Assembly (NCBI GenBank): GCA_022601345.1
Contig: JAJACU010000019.1
Span: forward strand, 112,474-176,473
Reading direction: 5' to 3'
DNA: 64,000 bases
From: Chlamydiota bacterium
GTDB lineage: Bacteria > Chlamydiota > Chlamydiia > Chlamydiales > JAAZZY01
The notes under the pieces are model-generated. The model was not told the origin of the DNA. It made no database searches and saw nothing but the letters and a program-made list of their open reading frames with translations. Positions 37,346 to 47,854 of the stretch are shown in pieces. Numbering within the stretch: the first letter of the stretch is position 1; each line of letters begins with the position of its first letter. A program made the translations under genes and the position numbers.

Positions 37346-38224
37346 TTAAAGATCGCTATTTGTTTCATCAGCAGTAGGTGAAGAAGGATTTAAAGCTTGT
37401 AGAATTTCTTCAAAAACTGGTGGTGAAATTCTATCTTTAACGAAATCTAATGATACACTTTTCCATTGCTCAGTGTTTTGTGGGTGAGCTGGAGAGTTTT
37501 CAGAACAAAAAATGCTGCCTGCATTTTCCATGCAAAAGTTTGTTTTAAAACTGCTATCCCAGTTCTTTCTAGCATTTGCGGGGTTAAAGGAAAGTTTAGT
37601 TTCTCCTCTTTCTGCAGCAACTAGGAACTTACCAAGATTTGACAGGTGCTCATCTTTAACTGGTGAGCTTTCTTCTTGAAGAACACCGGGGCAATTTAAG
37701 CTAAGCACGTCAATAACTTTTCTTTCTGCAAAAAAAGATTTTGCTCCCTCGCAAAAGGTAAATGCTGCACGATCTAATTCTGCAGGACTTGAATCGCAGT
37801 CAATAGGTTCTGGACTAGACCAGATAAAACTAAGCCCATAGTTAAGTGAAGTTGTAATAGGAGTTGCTAGCCAGCTGACTCCTGAACCTATAGTCGAAAG
37901 GATTCCAGGATTATCATCAAAAGAATAAGCATTCAACTCAGCTTGGACTCCTCCCGCTGTTGAGAATTGAGTTTCAATTAAAATTTTAGCAAGCCTATTT
38001 ACGTTTGTCTGAGAGCTAAATTGTTTTGTAGGGTCCAGATAATAGCTTGATTCAAGAATTGTATTCCTTAAATAAAGAGCAGTTTGGCCTGTCGATTCAA
38101 GAACTGCATCTGCAGCTTCAAGAGCGCTGGGACAATTTGTAAGTAAGTTTCTGAGATCAGGGGATCGGGTTCCTACGTCGTAAAGAGTCGATGAATATTG
38201 TGCGTTTGTTGTCAATGGGTTCAT
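37346..38224 (-). CDS. Hypothetical protein, paralog B of a tandem pair
   Basis: 292 aa. Blocks LTNCPS, RAAFTFCEGAKSFFAE..IDVLS and NWDSSFKTNFCMENAGSIFCSEN..AHPQNTEQW align with paralog A. Confidence 0.6.
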   Translation of the reverse strand: MNPLTTNAQYSSTLYDVGTRSPDLRNLLTNCPSALEAADAVLESTGQTALYLRNTILESSYYLDPTKQFSSQTNVNRLAKILIETQFSTAGGVQAELNAYSFDDNPGILSTIGSGVSWLATPITTSLNYGLSFIWSSPEPIDCDSSPAELDRAAFTFCEGAKSFFAERKVIDVLSLNCPGVLQEESSPVKDEHLSNLGKFLVAAERGETKLSFNPANARKNWDSSFKTNFCMENAGSIFCSENSPAHPQNTEQWKSVSLDFVKDRISPPVFEEILQALNPSSPTADETNSDL

Positions 38225-38441
38225 ATACTACCTCTAGTTGCAAATTAAACTTACTTTTCCAAAGACTATAAAAGATTAGGTGAAAAAAATTCTATTTATT
38301 TTTACAACTTATTAAAATAGTAATTTTATTTTAAAAATTGATGGTTTAAAAGAGAGGTCGCTTATTTTTTGATTGAAGAATTAGGCAATTTTATTGATAA
38401 TCCTACAAAATTTAATTGTTAAGTTAGACCAAAGATAGAAA

Positions 38442-39071
38442 ATGGATACACTAGAAAAGGGCAAAAACAAGTTGGGTGAAATTTGCGATATTTTACGTAA
38501 AGAGACACTTGAACCGGCTCAAAATGAAGCACATCAAATTATTAACAGCGCTAAACAAGAAAGCCAGAAAGTTATTGAACAGGCAAAGTCTGAAGCAAAA
38601 CAACTTTTAGAGGATGCCAAGGCTAAAATTGCGAAAGAGCAAAAGTTATTTGAAAGTTCAATGGATTTGGGATCTAAGCAGACATTTAACCAATTAAGAG
38701 AAAAGATTCAAAAGCACCTTTTTAATGATCAGTTAGCAGAACTTACTGCCAATATGATGGGTGAAGGGGAACTTGTTGCTAAGCTCATTTCAGCGATTGT
38801 CAATGCACTAGAAAAAGATGGCTTAAATTCAAATTTAACTATTGCATTAGCAAACTCAATAAAAGCAGAAGATGTGAGCAAGACCCTTGTTGCACAGGCT
38901 GCAGAGAAAATAAAGAAAGGAAAAATTTCAATAGAGTCGATCTCTAGTGGGGCAAAAGTTTCTATTGAAGATCAAAAGGTCAGTATTGACGTTTCAGATC
39001 AATCCTTAAAAGAACTTATGGGGAATTTTCTCCGCGACTCTTTTAGAGAAATTTTATTTAAAAACGTTTAA
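38442..39071 (+). CDS. atpE: V-type ATP synthase subunit E
   Basis: 209 aa. Long charged N-terminal helix (EAHQIINSAKQESQKVIEQAKSEAKQLLEDAKAKI) and first position in the V-ATPase operon. Confidence 0.8.
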   Translation: MDTLEKGKNKLGEICDILRKETLEPAQNEAHQIINSAKQESQKVIEQAKSEAKQLLEDAKAKIAKEQKLFESSMDLGSKQTFNQLREKIQKHLFNDQLAELTANMMGEGELVAKLISAIVNALEKDGLNSNLTIALANSIKAEDVSKTLVAQAAEKIKKGKISIESISSGAKVSIEDQKVSIDVSDQSLKELMGNFLRDSFREILFKNV

Positions 39072-39872
39072 TTGGTAAAACTACAAGTGAATCGTTATTA
39101 TTTCTTGGCAAGTTTGTTGCCGTCTGCTCTTACATTGGGAAATCCACCTGAGATTACTTTTTGGGAGTTTAACCAGCTTTGTGATCAGAATTTATCTGAG
39201 AGTGATCTTGAAAAGACTAAAGCCATCCGACGGTATATCGACTTGCAAAACTTTAGGCCGATGTGGCAGCAAAAAGAAATTGATCCTCATGGAAACTATT
39301 CGAGCAAAGAGTTAGAAACACATCTTCTTTTGGAGGAAGGGTTTCCCGAATATGTCTTTGAATTTTTAAGAGAGCATGAAACCATAGAGGAGCGCTTAGA
39401 TTTTTTTCCAAAGCTGCTATCTCAGTTTTATCTGGAAGAAGTTAATCAATCGAATCACTTTTTAAAGAATTTTTTAACTTTTGAACGTAACTGGCGTTTT
39501 GTGATGATGGCTTTAAGAGCCAAAACTTTTAATAGAGACTTAAGTTGGGAGCTTCAATTTGAAGATCCGCATGATGAGTATGTAGAGCTTATCATGGCAC
39601 AAAAAGATCAAAATGATTTTATTCCGCCTGAAGGGTTCGAAGAGTTAAAAGGGATTTATGAAGAGCTTAAGTTTGATCCACTAAAGTTGCACTGGGAAAT
39701 TTGTCAATGGCGCTTAAGTCAAATAACCACTTTAGTAGAAGGTGGAACTTTTTCAGTCGATAACATTTTATGTTACTTGGCTCAGCTCATCATCGTCGAG
39801 AATTGGTTAAAGCTCAATCATGATCAAGGAATGATCATTGTAGATAACATAATGAAGGAACAGCAAGTATGA
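39072..39872 (+). CDS. V-ATPase operon protein of unknown role (chlamydial CT309-like; possible subunit C substitute, DUF2764-like)
   Basis: 266 aa. The TTG start immediately follows the atpE stop, and there is a 4-nt overlap with atpA. The family assignment is from memory of chlamydial operon structure only. Confidence 0.6.
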   Translation: MVKLQVNRYYFLASLLPSALTLGNPPEITFWEFNQLCDQNLSESDLEKTKAIRRYIDLQNFRPMWQQKEIDPHGNYSSKELETHLLLEEGFPEYVFEFLREHETIEERLDFFPKLLSQFYLEEVNQSNHFLKNFLTFERNWRFVMMALRAKTFNRDLSWELQFEDPHDEYVELIMAQKDQNDFIPPEGFEELKGIYEELKFDPLKLHWEICQWRLSQITTLVEGGTFSVDNILCYLAQLIIVENWLKLNHDQGMIIVDNIMKEQQV

Positions 39873-41641
39873 CACAAGATACAACAGGAACAGTGGTTAA
39901 AGCTTTTGGAAACTTACTGCAGGTTCGCTTTGAAGGTAACATCCGTCAAGGTGAAGTTGCAATGATAGAAGTTGGAGAGCAAAGACTAAAAGCTGAGGTT
40001 ATTGAAATTGTTGGAGATGAAGCAAAACTCCAGGTTTATGAAGATACTCGAGGCATTGGGTTAGGAACTAAGGTTGTTTTTCAAGGAGATCTACTTGAAG
40101 CTGAGCTTGGACCAGGGCTACTCCAATGTGTCGTTGACGGCCTTCAAAACCCTTTAGAAAGGTTAGCGGAAGAAACAGGGCTCTTTTTAACAAGAGGTGT
40201 TTATATTCCAGCAATTGATAGAAAGAAAGAGTGGGATTATAAGCCTGTTGCAAAAGTTGGAGATGTTCTTAAGAGAGGAGATACCTTAGGGACTACAAAG
40301 GAAACGCATTTTGATCATCACATCATGATACCATTTTCTATTCATACGAAGATTACGCTAACTGAAGTTACAACAGCGGGTAAATATACTGTAGATCATG
40401 TTGTTGCTAAAGGAAAGGATGATCGAGGTAATGAACATACATTTACAATGATCCAAAAGTGGCCAGTAAAAAATGCTTTGATTGAAGGAACAAAAGTTAA
40501 AGCTTCAAAAATGATGAGCTGTGGACTGCGCATTATAGATACTCAATTTCCGCTTGTTCAAGGTGGAACATTTTGTACTCCGGGCCCTTTTGGTGCTGGA
40601 AAAACTGTGCTTCAACACCATTTATCAAAGTTTTCAAAGGTTGATATTGTTGTAGTTGCTGCATGTGGAGAGCGAGCAGGGGAAGTTGTTGAAATATTGA
40701 AGGAGTTCCCTCACTTAGATGATCCAAATAGTGACGGTGCTCTCATGGAGAGAACGGTTATTATCTGCAACACTTCGTCGATGCCTGTGGCTGCTCGAGA
40801 ATCATCGATTTACTTAGGAGTTACTATTGCTGAATACTACAGGCAAATGGGTCTAAATGTGTTGCTTTTAGCGGACTCAACTTCTCGTTGGGCCCAAGCG
40901 CTTCGTGAAATGTCAGGGCGTTTAGAAGAAATTCCTGGTGAAGAGGCGTTCCCTGCATATTTAGCATCACGAATTGCAGCTTTTTATGAAAGAGCAGGAG
41001 CTGTTGAGCTAGGTTCAAATAAAATAGGGTCTGTTACAATTGGCGGGGCGGTCTCTCCAGCTGGAGGAAACTTTGAAGAGCCAGTAACACAGGCTACACT
41101 TGCTGTAGTTGGAGCTTTCCTAGGTCTCTCAAGAGCGCGTTCAGATGCCCGTCGTTATCCGGCTATTGACCCTTTGATGTCATGGTCAAAGTATGTTGAT
41201 ATTGTAAGTAAAGACTTAGATGTTGAGTTTCCAAGTTGGGCACAAAAAATATACCAAGCAGATAGAACCTTGTTAGAAGGAGATGAAATCGGCAAGCGTA
41301 TGGAAGTTATTGGAGAAGAGGGGACAGCAATAGAGGATTTCATCACTTATCTTAAAGGAGAGCTCTATGACTTTAGTTACCTTCAACAAAATGCTTTTGA
41401 TGTAGAGGATTCATTTTGTCCTTTGAGTCGGCAGCTGATTTTATTTAAATTAATTTGTGAAATTTTTGAAACAGCTTTTGAGTTTAGTTCACATGATGAA
41501 GCCAGAGGTTATTTTTTAAAGCTGCAAAACAGCCTCAAAAATCTAAATTTTACCCCATTTGAATCTGAAAAATACAATCAAATTATGACAGAGATTAGAA
41601 GTCATCTCGATGAAGCTAAAAAACAAGGAGTAGTTGCCTAA
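39869..41641 (+). CDS. atpA: V-type ATP synthase catalytic subunit A
   Basis: 590 aa. Walker A GPFGAGKT, plus [15 protein letters not shown] and A-subunit-specific blocks. Confidence 0.97.
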   Translation: MTQDTTGTVVKAFGNLLQVRFEGNIRQGEVAMIEVGEQRLKAEVIEIVGDEAKLQVYEDTRGIGLGTKVVFQGDLLEAELGPGLLQCVVDGLQNPLERLAEETGLFLTRGVYIPAIDRKKEWDYKPVAKVGDVLKRGDTLGTTKETHFDHHIMIPFSIHTKITLTEVTTAGKYTVDHVVAKGKDDRGNEHTFTMIQKWPVKNALIEGTKVKASKMMSCGLRIIDTQFPLVQGGTFCTPGPFGAGKTVLQHHLSKFSKVDIVVVAACGERAGEVVEILKEFPHLDDPNSDGALMERTVIICNTSSMPVAARESSIYLGVTIAEYYRQMGLNVLLLADSTSRWAQALREMSGRLEEIPGEEAFPAYLASRIAAFYERAGAVELGSNKIGSVTIGGAVSPAGGNFEEPVTQATLAVVGAFLGLSRARSDARRYPAIDPLMSWSKYVDIVSKDLDVEFPSWAQKIYQADRTLLEGDEIGKRMEVIGEEGTAIEDFITYLKGELYDFSYLQQNAFDVEDSFCPLSRQLILFKLICEIFETAFEFSSHDEARGYFLKLQNSLKNLNFTPFESEKYNQIMTEIRSHLDEAKKQGVVA

Positions 41642-42957
41642 TGAAAATTGTACATGAGCGGATAAATAACATGCGTGGGAACCTAATTACTGTTACAGCA
41701 AAAGATGCTGTTTTAGGGGAGCTTGCAAAGATTGAAAAAAAAGATGGGACAACAACTCTTTCTTCTGTTTTGAGATTTGATGGAGATCAAGCAACTCTGC
41801 AAGTTTTTGGTGGAACCAGAGGGATCAATACTGGTGACAAGGTTATTTTTCTTAAAAAAGAAATGACTGCAGTCTATGGAGACCAATTGCTGGGCCGTAG
41901 ATTAAATGGTGCGGGCGAACCCATTGATGGTGGGGCCCAAATTTCAGGGGAAGAAATTACAATAGGAAACCCTTCCTTTAATCCTGCTAGACGTATTGTT
42001 CCAAAGGAAATGGTGCGTACCAATATTCCAATGATTGATGTCTTCAATTGCCTTGTCAAATCACAAAAAATTCCAATTTTTTCTGTAGCAGGGGAACCCT
42101 ATAATCAACTTTTGATGCGTATTGCCAACCAAACAGATGCAGATATTGTGATTATTGGAGGGATGGGGCTTACTTTTGATAATTACCAAGCTTTTATTGA
42201 AAATGCTGAAGAGTCAGGAACTCTAAATAGAACGATTATGTTTGCTCATAGAGCGACAGACCCCATTGTTGAATGTGTGCTTGTTCCTGATATGGCTCTT
42301 GCATGTGCAGAGCGTTTTGCTATGCAAGATAAAAACGTGCTAGTTCTATTAACCGATATGACAGCATTTGCTGATGCTTTAAAAGAGATCTCTATCACAA
42401 TGGATCAAATACCATCTAACAGAGGTTATCCAGGGTCTTTATACTCGGATCTTGCATCTAGGTATGAGAAAGCTGTAGATATTCAAGATAGTGGATCCAT
42501 TACATTGATTGCTGTCACAACAATGCCTGGAGATGATGTTACTCACCCCATTCCAGATAATACAGGATATATTACTGAAGGCCAGTTCTACCTTCATGAT
42601 GGTAGAATTGATCCATTTGGTTCTCTTTCAAGATTGAAGCAACAAGTTATTGGAAAAGTAACTCGAGAAGATCATGGTGATTTAGCTAACAACATGATTC
42701 GTTTATATGCTGACTCCAAAAAAGCAAAAGAGCGCCAGGCTATGGGCTTTAAACTCTCAAAGTGGGATGAAAAGCTATTGAGCTACTCAGAGCTTTTTGA
42801 GGATAAAATGATGAACTTAGAAGTGAACCTTCCAATTGATGAAGCTTTAGATTTTGGATGGCAAATTCTCTCTGAGTGCTTTGGACAAGACGAAGTAGGA
42901 ATTAAGCAAAAACTTGTAGACGCTTACTGGCCAACAAATAAAGGTGCAAATGGCTGA
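41641..42957 (+). CDS. atpB: V-type ATP synthase subunit B
   Basis: 438 aa. B-subunit blocks: [32 protein letters not shown] and ITEGQFYL. Confidence 0.97.
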   Translation: MKIVHERINNMRGNLITVTAKDAVLGELAKIEKKDGTTTLSSVLRFDGDQATLQVFGGTRGINTGDKVIFLKKEMTAVYGDQLLGRRLNGAGEPIDGGAQISGEEITIGNPSFNPARRIVPKEMVRTNIPMIDVFNCLVKSQKIPIFSVAGEPYNQLLMRIANQTDADIVIIGGMGLTFDNYQAFIENAEESGTLNRTIMFAHRATDPIVECVLVPDMALACAERFAMQDKNVLVLLTDMTAFADALKEISITMDQIPSNRGYPGSLYSDLASRYEKAVDIQDSGSITLIAVTTMPGDDVTHPIPDNTGYITEGQFYLHDGRIDPFGSLSRLKQQVIGKVTREDHGDLANNMIRLYADSKKAKERQAMGFKLSKWDEKLLSYSELFEDKMMNLEVNLPIDEALDFGWQILSECFGQDEVGIKQKLVDAYWPTNKGANG

Positions 42958-43567
42958 AGTCAAACTAACAAAGAATGAATTACGAGCTCAGCAGACCAAG
43001 CTCAAGCAATTGCAGCGCTACTTGCCAACTTTGCAGTTGAAAAAGGCGCTTTTGCAAGCAGAAGTGCAGCAAGCAAAATCTGTTTTGGCTGAGATAGAAC
43101 AAAAACGTCAGAATTTGCATGAAGATGTTGAAGAGTATGCCAGACTTTTTCCTATTATGGACTTCCCATCACTTGAACAAACTGTTCAAATTGATCAAAT
43201 CAATAAGCATTATGAAAATATTGCAGGCGTAGAAATACCTGTTTTTGATGGAGTTTCCTTTCTCCCATTGAAATATCACCTCTTAGACTCTCCTATTTGG
43301 ATGGATGCTGCAATTGATGGCTTGCATAAACTAATAGAGGCAAACCAGCACTTGATTATTGAAAGAAAAAAGGTTGAGTTGCTGCAAAAAGAACTTAGAG
43401 AAGTTTCTATCAGAGTCAATTTGTTTGAAAAAATCTTAATCCCTCGTTCTATTTTGAATATTAAGAAAATAAAAGTGTTTTTGGGTGATCAACAGCTTGC
43501 TGCAGTTGCTCAAGCCAAAGTCGCTAAAATGAAAATTGAGCAAAGCAGGGAAGTTGCATGCGCATAG
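42944..43567 (+). CDS. atpD: V-type ATP synthase subunit D
   Basis: 207 aa. The [27 protein letters not shown] pattern and operon position. Confidence 0.9.
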   Translation: MQMAEVKLTKNELRAQQTKLKQLQRYLPTLQLKKALLQAEVQQAKSVLAEIEQKRQNLHEDVEEYARLFPIMDFPSLEQTVQIDQINKHYENIAGVEIPVFDGVSFLPLKYHLLDSPIWMDAAIDGLHKLIEANQHLIIERKKVELLQKELREVSIRVNLFEKILIPRSILNIKKIKVFLGDQQLAAVAQAKVAKMKIEQSREVACA

Positions 43568-45474
43568 ATTTAAAAAAATATCTTTTCTTTGGTTCTGAGC
43601 AACAGAAAGATGACTTTTTTGTACAAGCTCAGGCTCTAGGTGTGATTCAGTTTGTCGATCACAGTGGTCACAAATTTGACATTATTCCTGAACCCGTACG
43701 AATGATGAATAAAGCTTTAAAAGTTATTCGTAAAATGCCTCCTAGACGGCAATCGACTTTTGAAAATGTTGAAGAAGCCATTCACATTGCAAGCGAGATT
43801 AATTCAAGGGATGAAAAAATTGACGAGCTAGAGGAAGAGCTACGCCACGTTGATCAAGAGCTTTCAAGAGTTGCTATTTTTGGTAGCTTTTCGAGAAATG
43901 ACATCGACTTTATTCAAAAGAAAGGAGCTCGTTCCATTCAGTTTTTTGTCGCAAAAAATGAAAAGAAAGTTCCAGATGCTCCTGAGCTTGTCTACATAGG
44001 TAAAGATCACGACCTGCACTATTATGTATCTATTTCAAAAGACAAAAAATCGTACGATTCGATGGTCGAAATGGTTGTTGAGAAATCTTATGATGAGCTT
44101 ATTCATAGACGAAAGAAAATCAATACTGAAATTCATCAGCATGAGCACCGAATAAAAGAGCTTGTAGCGTTTAAAACACTTATCAAACAGGCTGTAATTT
44201 CTGAGTTTAATAGCCACTATCTAAAGGTCAATGCAAACTTTGTTGAGCACCACTGGAAAGAGACCTTCTTTTCTGTAGAAGGGTGGGTTACAGTAAAAAG
44301 TATTGAGGCTGTCGAAAAACTTTTAGAATCATTTTCTATTTACATGACAGAAATTAAAGAAGATGAAGGCGAAGCAATGCCTACGCATCTCGAGAATACC
44401 GGAACAGGTAGAATCGGAGAAGACTTAGTTTACGTATATGACACTCCTGCAAATAGTGATAAAGATCCATCATCATGGGTGTTATGGGCGTTTGCATTTT
44501 TCTTTGCCTTTATTGTTGGGGATGGAGGATACGGTTTTGTTTTTCTACTTTTCTTTTTCTTGATGAGGTGGAAAGTAAAAGAACCTTCACCGTTACTTAG
44601 ACGTTTTAACTCACTAATTGGGATTCTGGCAGTTTCTTGTATTATATGGGGAGTTGCAGTCAGTTCATTTTTTGGGTTAGATATAGACTTGAAGAACCCT
44701 GTGAAGCGTTATTCACCTTTAACTAAGCTTGTTGAAGTGAAATTGCGTTATCATATGAGCCAAAAAGACGACACATATCAAGAATATATAAATCAAATGC
44801 CTCATCTTAAAAATTTTAAGATGCCCTATGAGTTTTTGACACAAGCCAAAGTTAACAAAGAAAACAAAACCGTTTATGTTGTTTACGATGATTTTGTTAA
44901 TAATATTATGTTAGAGTTGGCGTTATTTATTGGAGTTATCCATCTAATGACAAGTATGCTGAGGAATCTGAAGCGTGCTTGGTCGGGGGCTGGTTGGATT
45001 TTATTTTTGATAGGGGCCTACTTATTTTTTCCTGAAATTTTAAAAGCTTCATCAATTATTCATTATGGCTTTGGAATTTCTCCTATATTTGCAGGGATGA
45101 TTGGTCCATACATTTTATATTTTGGCATTATTAGTGCTATAACACTTGCAATAATTCAGCATAAATTATCAGGAGCTCAAGAAGTCATGAGACTCATAGA
45201 AGTTTTTGCGGATGTATTATCATATCTTCGTCTTTATGCCTTAGCTTTAGCAGGTTCAATCGTTGCAAATACTTTCAACGGTTTTGGAATGAAAATGAAT
45301 ATCTTTTTTGGGGTTATTGTAATTATTGCAGGACATACCCTAAATCTCTCACTGTCAATAATGGGTGGGGTCATTCACGGTTTACGTCTGAATTTTATTG
45401 AATGGTATCACTATTCTTTTGATGGCGGTGGGAAAAGGCACAGGCCTTTAGCATTATTAAAATTATTTAAGTAA
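43558..45474 (+). CDS. atpI: V-type ATP synthase subunit I (a-subunit)
   Basis: 638 aa. Cytoplasmic N-terminal half, a polytopic C-terminal half with LSYLRLYALALAG (conserved Arg), and GLRLNFIEWY. Confidence 0.9.
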   Translation: MRIDLKKYLFFGSEQQKDDFFVQAQALGVIQFVDHSGHKFDIIPEPVRMMNKALKVIRKMPPRRQSTFENVEEAIHIASEINSRDEKIDELEEELRHVDQELSRVAIFGSFSRNDIDFIQKKGARSIQFFVAKNEKKVPDAPELVYIGKDHDLHYYVSISKDKKSYDSMVEMVVEKSYDELIHRRKKINTEIHQHEHRIKELVAFKTLIKQAVISEFNSHYLKVNANFVEHHWKETFFSVEGWVTVKSIEAVEKLLESFSIYMTEIKEDEGEAMPTHLENTGTGRIGEDLVYVYDTPANSDKDPSSWVLWAFAFFFAFIVGDGGYGFVFLLFFFLMRWKVKEPSPLLRRFNSLIGILAVSCIIWGVAVSSFFGLDIDLKNPVKRYSPLTKLVEVKLRYHMSQKDDTYQEYINQMPHLKNFKMPYEFLTQAKVNKENKTVYVVYDDFVNNIMLELALFIGVIHLMTSMLRNLKRAWSGAGWILFLIGAYLFFPEILKASSIIHYGFGISPIFAGMIGPYILYFGIISAITLAIIQHKLSGAQEVMRLIEVFADVLSYLRLYALALAGSIVANTFNGFGMKMNIFFGVIVIIAGHTLNLSLSIMGGVIHGLRLNFIEWYHYSFDGGGKRHRPLALLKLFK

Positions 45475-45490
45475 AAAGGAGCAAAATAAA

Positions 45491-45913
45491 ATGGATTATA
45501 CACAAATGGGGCCAGCAATATCACTTGGGCTTGGATGTATCGGAAGCTCAATAGGTTGTGGAATTGCAAGTATGGCTTCACACGCAGTAATGGCAAGAGT
45601 AGAAGAAGGTCATGGAGCCTTTATTGGAATGACAGCAGCACCTGCAAGTCAGTCCATATATGGATTTGTACTCATGATTTTAATGTCAGGAGCTATTAAA
45701 GAGGGTAGGCTTTCTCCTGAAAATGCGCTGGGCATAGGAATTTTTTCTGGGTTGGCATTAATGTTCTCTTCAATATATCAGGGGAAATGTGCGGCGACAG
45801 GGATGCAGGCAGCGGCTAAGCAGCCAGCCATATTGGGTAAAACCTTTACAGCTCTAGGGATTGTGGAGTCTTTTTCACTCTTTGCCTTTGTCTTTGCATT
45901 GCTATTGTTCTAG
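45491..45913 (+). CDS. atpK: V-type ATP synthase proteolipid subunit K
   Basis: 140 aa, four hydrophobic helices rich in Gly/Ala, with a conserved Glu in IVESFSLFAFV. Confidence 0.9.
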   Translation: MDYTQMGPAISLGLGCIGSSIGCGIASMASHAVMARVEEGHGAFIGMTAAPASQSIYGFVLMILMSGAIKEGRLSPENALGIGIFSGLALMFSSIYQGKCAATGMQAAAKQPAILGKTFTALGIVESFSLFAFVFALLLF

Positions 45914-45937
45914 ACAAGCAGCCAAGGAGGCGGTTTC

Positions 45938-47335
45938 GTGGAAACGCGAACTGAAAAAGACAGTATCGGAGAACTAAAAGTTCCTATGGATAAGTACTGG
46001 GGAGCTCAAACTCAACGATCTTTAGAGAATTTTCAAATAGGCAAGAATTTTTTAAACCGCATGCCTATTGAAGTTATTCATGCATATGCTGTTATCAAAA
46101 AGTCTGCTGCAATTGTAAATTGTGATCTCAAGCTCATTGATGAGAAGAAAAAAGAGGTCATCGTTCAAGTAGCAGACGAAGTTTCTCAAGGTAAACTTGA
46201 TGATCATTTCCCATTAGTTGTTTGGCAAACCGGTTCTGGCACTCAAACAAACATGAATGTTAACGAGGTTATTTCCAATAGAGCTATTGAGAAGCTGGGT
46301 GCAAAAATGGGTTCAAAAGATCCGATTCATCCCAATGACGATGTGAATAAATCTCAATCATCTAATGATACATTTCCAACTGCAATGCATATTGCAGCTT
46401 ACACCAAAACGTTTCATTCACTACTTCCAAATTTGGCCTATTTCACAAAAGAGCTTCAAAACAAGGCTGCAGAGTATAAGGACATCATTAAAACAGGGCG
46501 CACTCATTTAATGGATGCGGCTCCTTTGACGCTTGGTCAAGAGTTTTCAGGTTATGTGATGCAACTTCAAAAAGCAGCGAAGGCTATTGAAAATACCCTA
46601 CCACATGTTGCAGAGTTGGCAATTGGGGGCACTGCAGTGGGTACGGGTTTAAATACCCACCCTGAATTTGCTCAGAAAATGGCAGCTCAGATTTCAAAGG
46701 AAACACAACTTCCTTTTGTGAGCGCTCCAAATAAGTTTGAAGCAATAGCAAGTTCAGACGCCATAGTGGGATTAAGTGGAGCTTTAAAGCAGTTAACAAC
46801 TAGCCTTGTGAAAATTATTAATGACTTGCGTTGGCTTTCATCTGGACCTCGCTGTGGACTCGGAGAGATCACTATACCAGCTAATGAGCCAGGTTCATCG
46901 ATAATGCCAGGAAAAGTAAATCCAACACAATGTGAAGCTATGTTGATGGTCTGCTCTCAGGTAATTGGCAATGATTTATGCATCACAGTTGCCAATTCAA
47001 ATAGTAACTTAGAGTTGAATGCAAATAGGCCTGTGATGATTTTAAATCTTTTGCAATCTATTGAGCTCTTGTCAGATGGAATGAAAAATTTCACAGATAA
47101 GTGCCTTCGGGGCATTACGCCTAATAGAGAAGTTTTACAAAGCTATGTGGATCGCTCGTTAATGCTTGCTACTGCTTTAAACACTGCAATAGGCTATGAC
47201 AAGGCCTCTAAAATTGTAAAAAAGGCTCATGAAGAAAATAAATCTTTGCGAGAAGTAGCTCTTGAACTCAAGCTTTTGACTGCTCAAGAATTCGACAGTA
47301 TTGTTGATCCGAAAAAAATGATCTACCCTCAGTAG
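45938..47335 (+). CDS. fumC: Class II fumarate hydratase
   Basis: 465 aa with a GTG start and AGGAGG upstream. Contains the [15 protein letters not shown] signature and TGRTHLMDA. Confidence 0.97.
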   Translation: METRTEKDSIGELKVPMDKYWGAQTQRSLENFQIGKNFLNRMPIEVIHAYAVIKKSAAIVNCDLKLIDEKKKEVIVQVADEVSQGKLDDHFPLVVWQTGSGTQTNMNVNEVISNRAIEKLGAKMGSKDPIHPNDDVNKSQSSNDTFPTAMHIAAYTKTFHSLLPNLAYFTKELQNKAAEYKDIIKTGRTHLMDAAPLTLGQEFSGYVMQLQKAAKAIENTLPHVAELAIGGTAVGTGLNTHPEFAQKMAAQISKETQLPFVSAPNKFEAIASSDAIVGLSGALKQLTTSLVKIINDLRWLSSGPRCGLGEITIPANEPGSSIMPGKVNPTQCEAMLMVCSQVIGNDLCITVANSNSNLELNANRPVMILNLLQSIELLSDGMKNFTDKCLRGITPNREVLQSYVDRSLMLATALNTAIGYDKASKIVKKAHEENKSLREVALELKLLTAQEFDSIVDPKKMIYPQ

Positions 47336-47451
47336 ATGATCATTAAATCTCTAGTTATTTTACGCTAATTCACTGACGGTATATAGTTGTTGATCAACAA
47401 AATTCTAGTAAGTGCTTAACATCTGCTTAAAAATTTTGTTACATAAGTAAA

Positions 47452-47748
47452 ATGGGGAGCTTTATGCCAAAAGAAGAGTTTATGTCAGCGCTTACCCTTC
47501 AGTCTTCTGAAGGTAAAGAGGAAGATTGTCTCAAGCTTATTAAAGAAATTTTTGATGACCCTTTAGTGCTTAGTATGGAGTTTTTTCATTCAGAGGAAGA
47601 CCCTGAAATTTTACTTGCTCAGCAGAGATGGTCAAGTATTGGGGTTTTTCAAGAGTATATGAAGAAAATTCAAAGTCATGAGCTTTTTTTGAAGCTCGAA
47701 AATAGCTCGGACTATCTAAGGGTAACTCATTGGAAGCCAATGCTTTAA
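47452..47748 (+). CDS. Small hypothetical protein (possibly an ABM/dimeric alpha-beta-barrel-like fold)
   Basis: 98 aa. The segment FFHSEEDPEILLAQQRWSSIGVFQEYMKK loosely resembles ABM-domain proteins. Weak. Confidence 0.4.
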   Translation: MGSFMPKEEFMSALTLQSSEGKEEDCLKLIKEIFDDPLVLSMEFFHSEEDPEILLAQQRWSSIGVFQEYMKKIQSHELFLKLENSSDYLRVTHWKPML

Positions 47749-47854
47749 TTTTATTAAGATGAAATGGGGTTTTGCTGATAATCTTTGCAGAATATTAACA
47801 ATTATATACTAAGCTTGCTCTTTGGGTAAAATAGAGTAAGAGCATTTACAAAAC

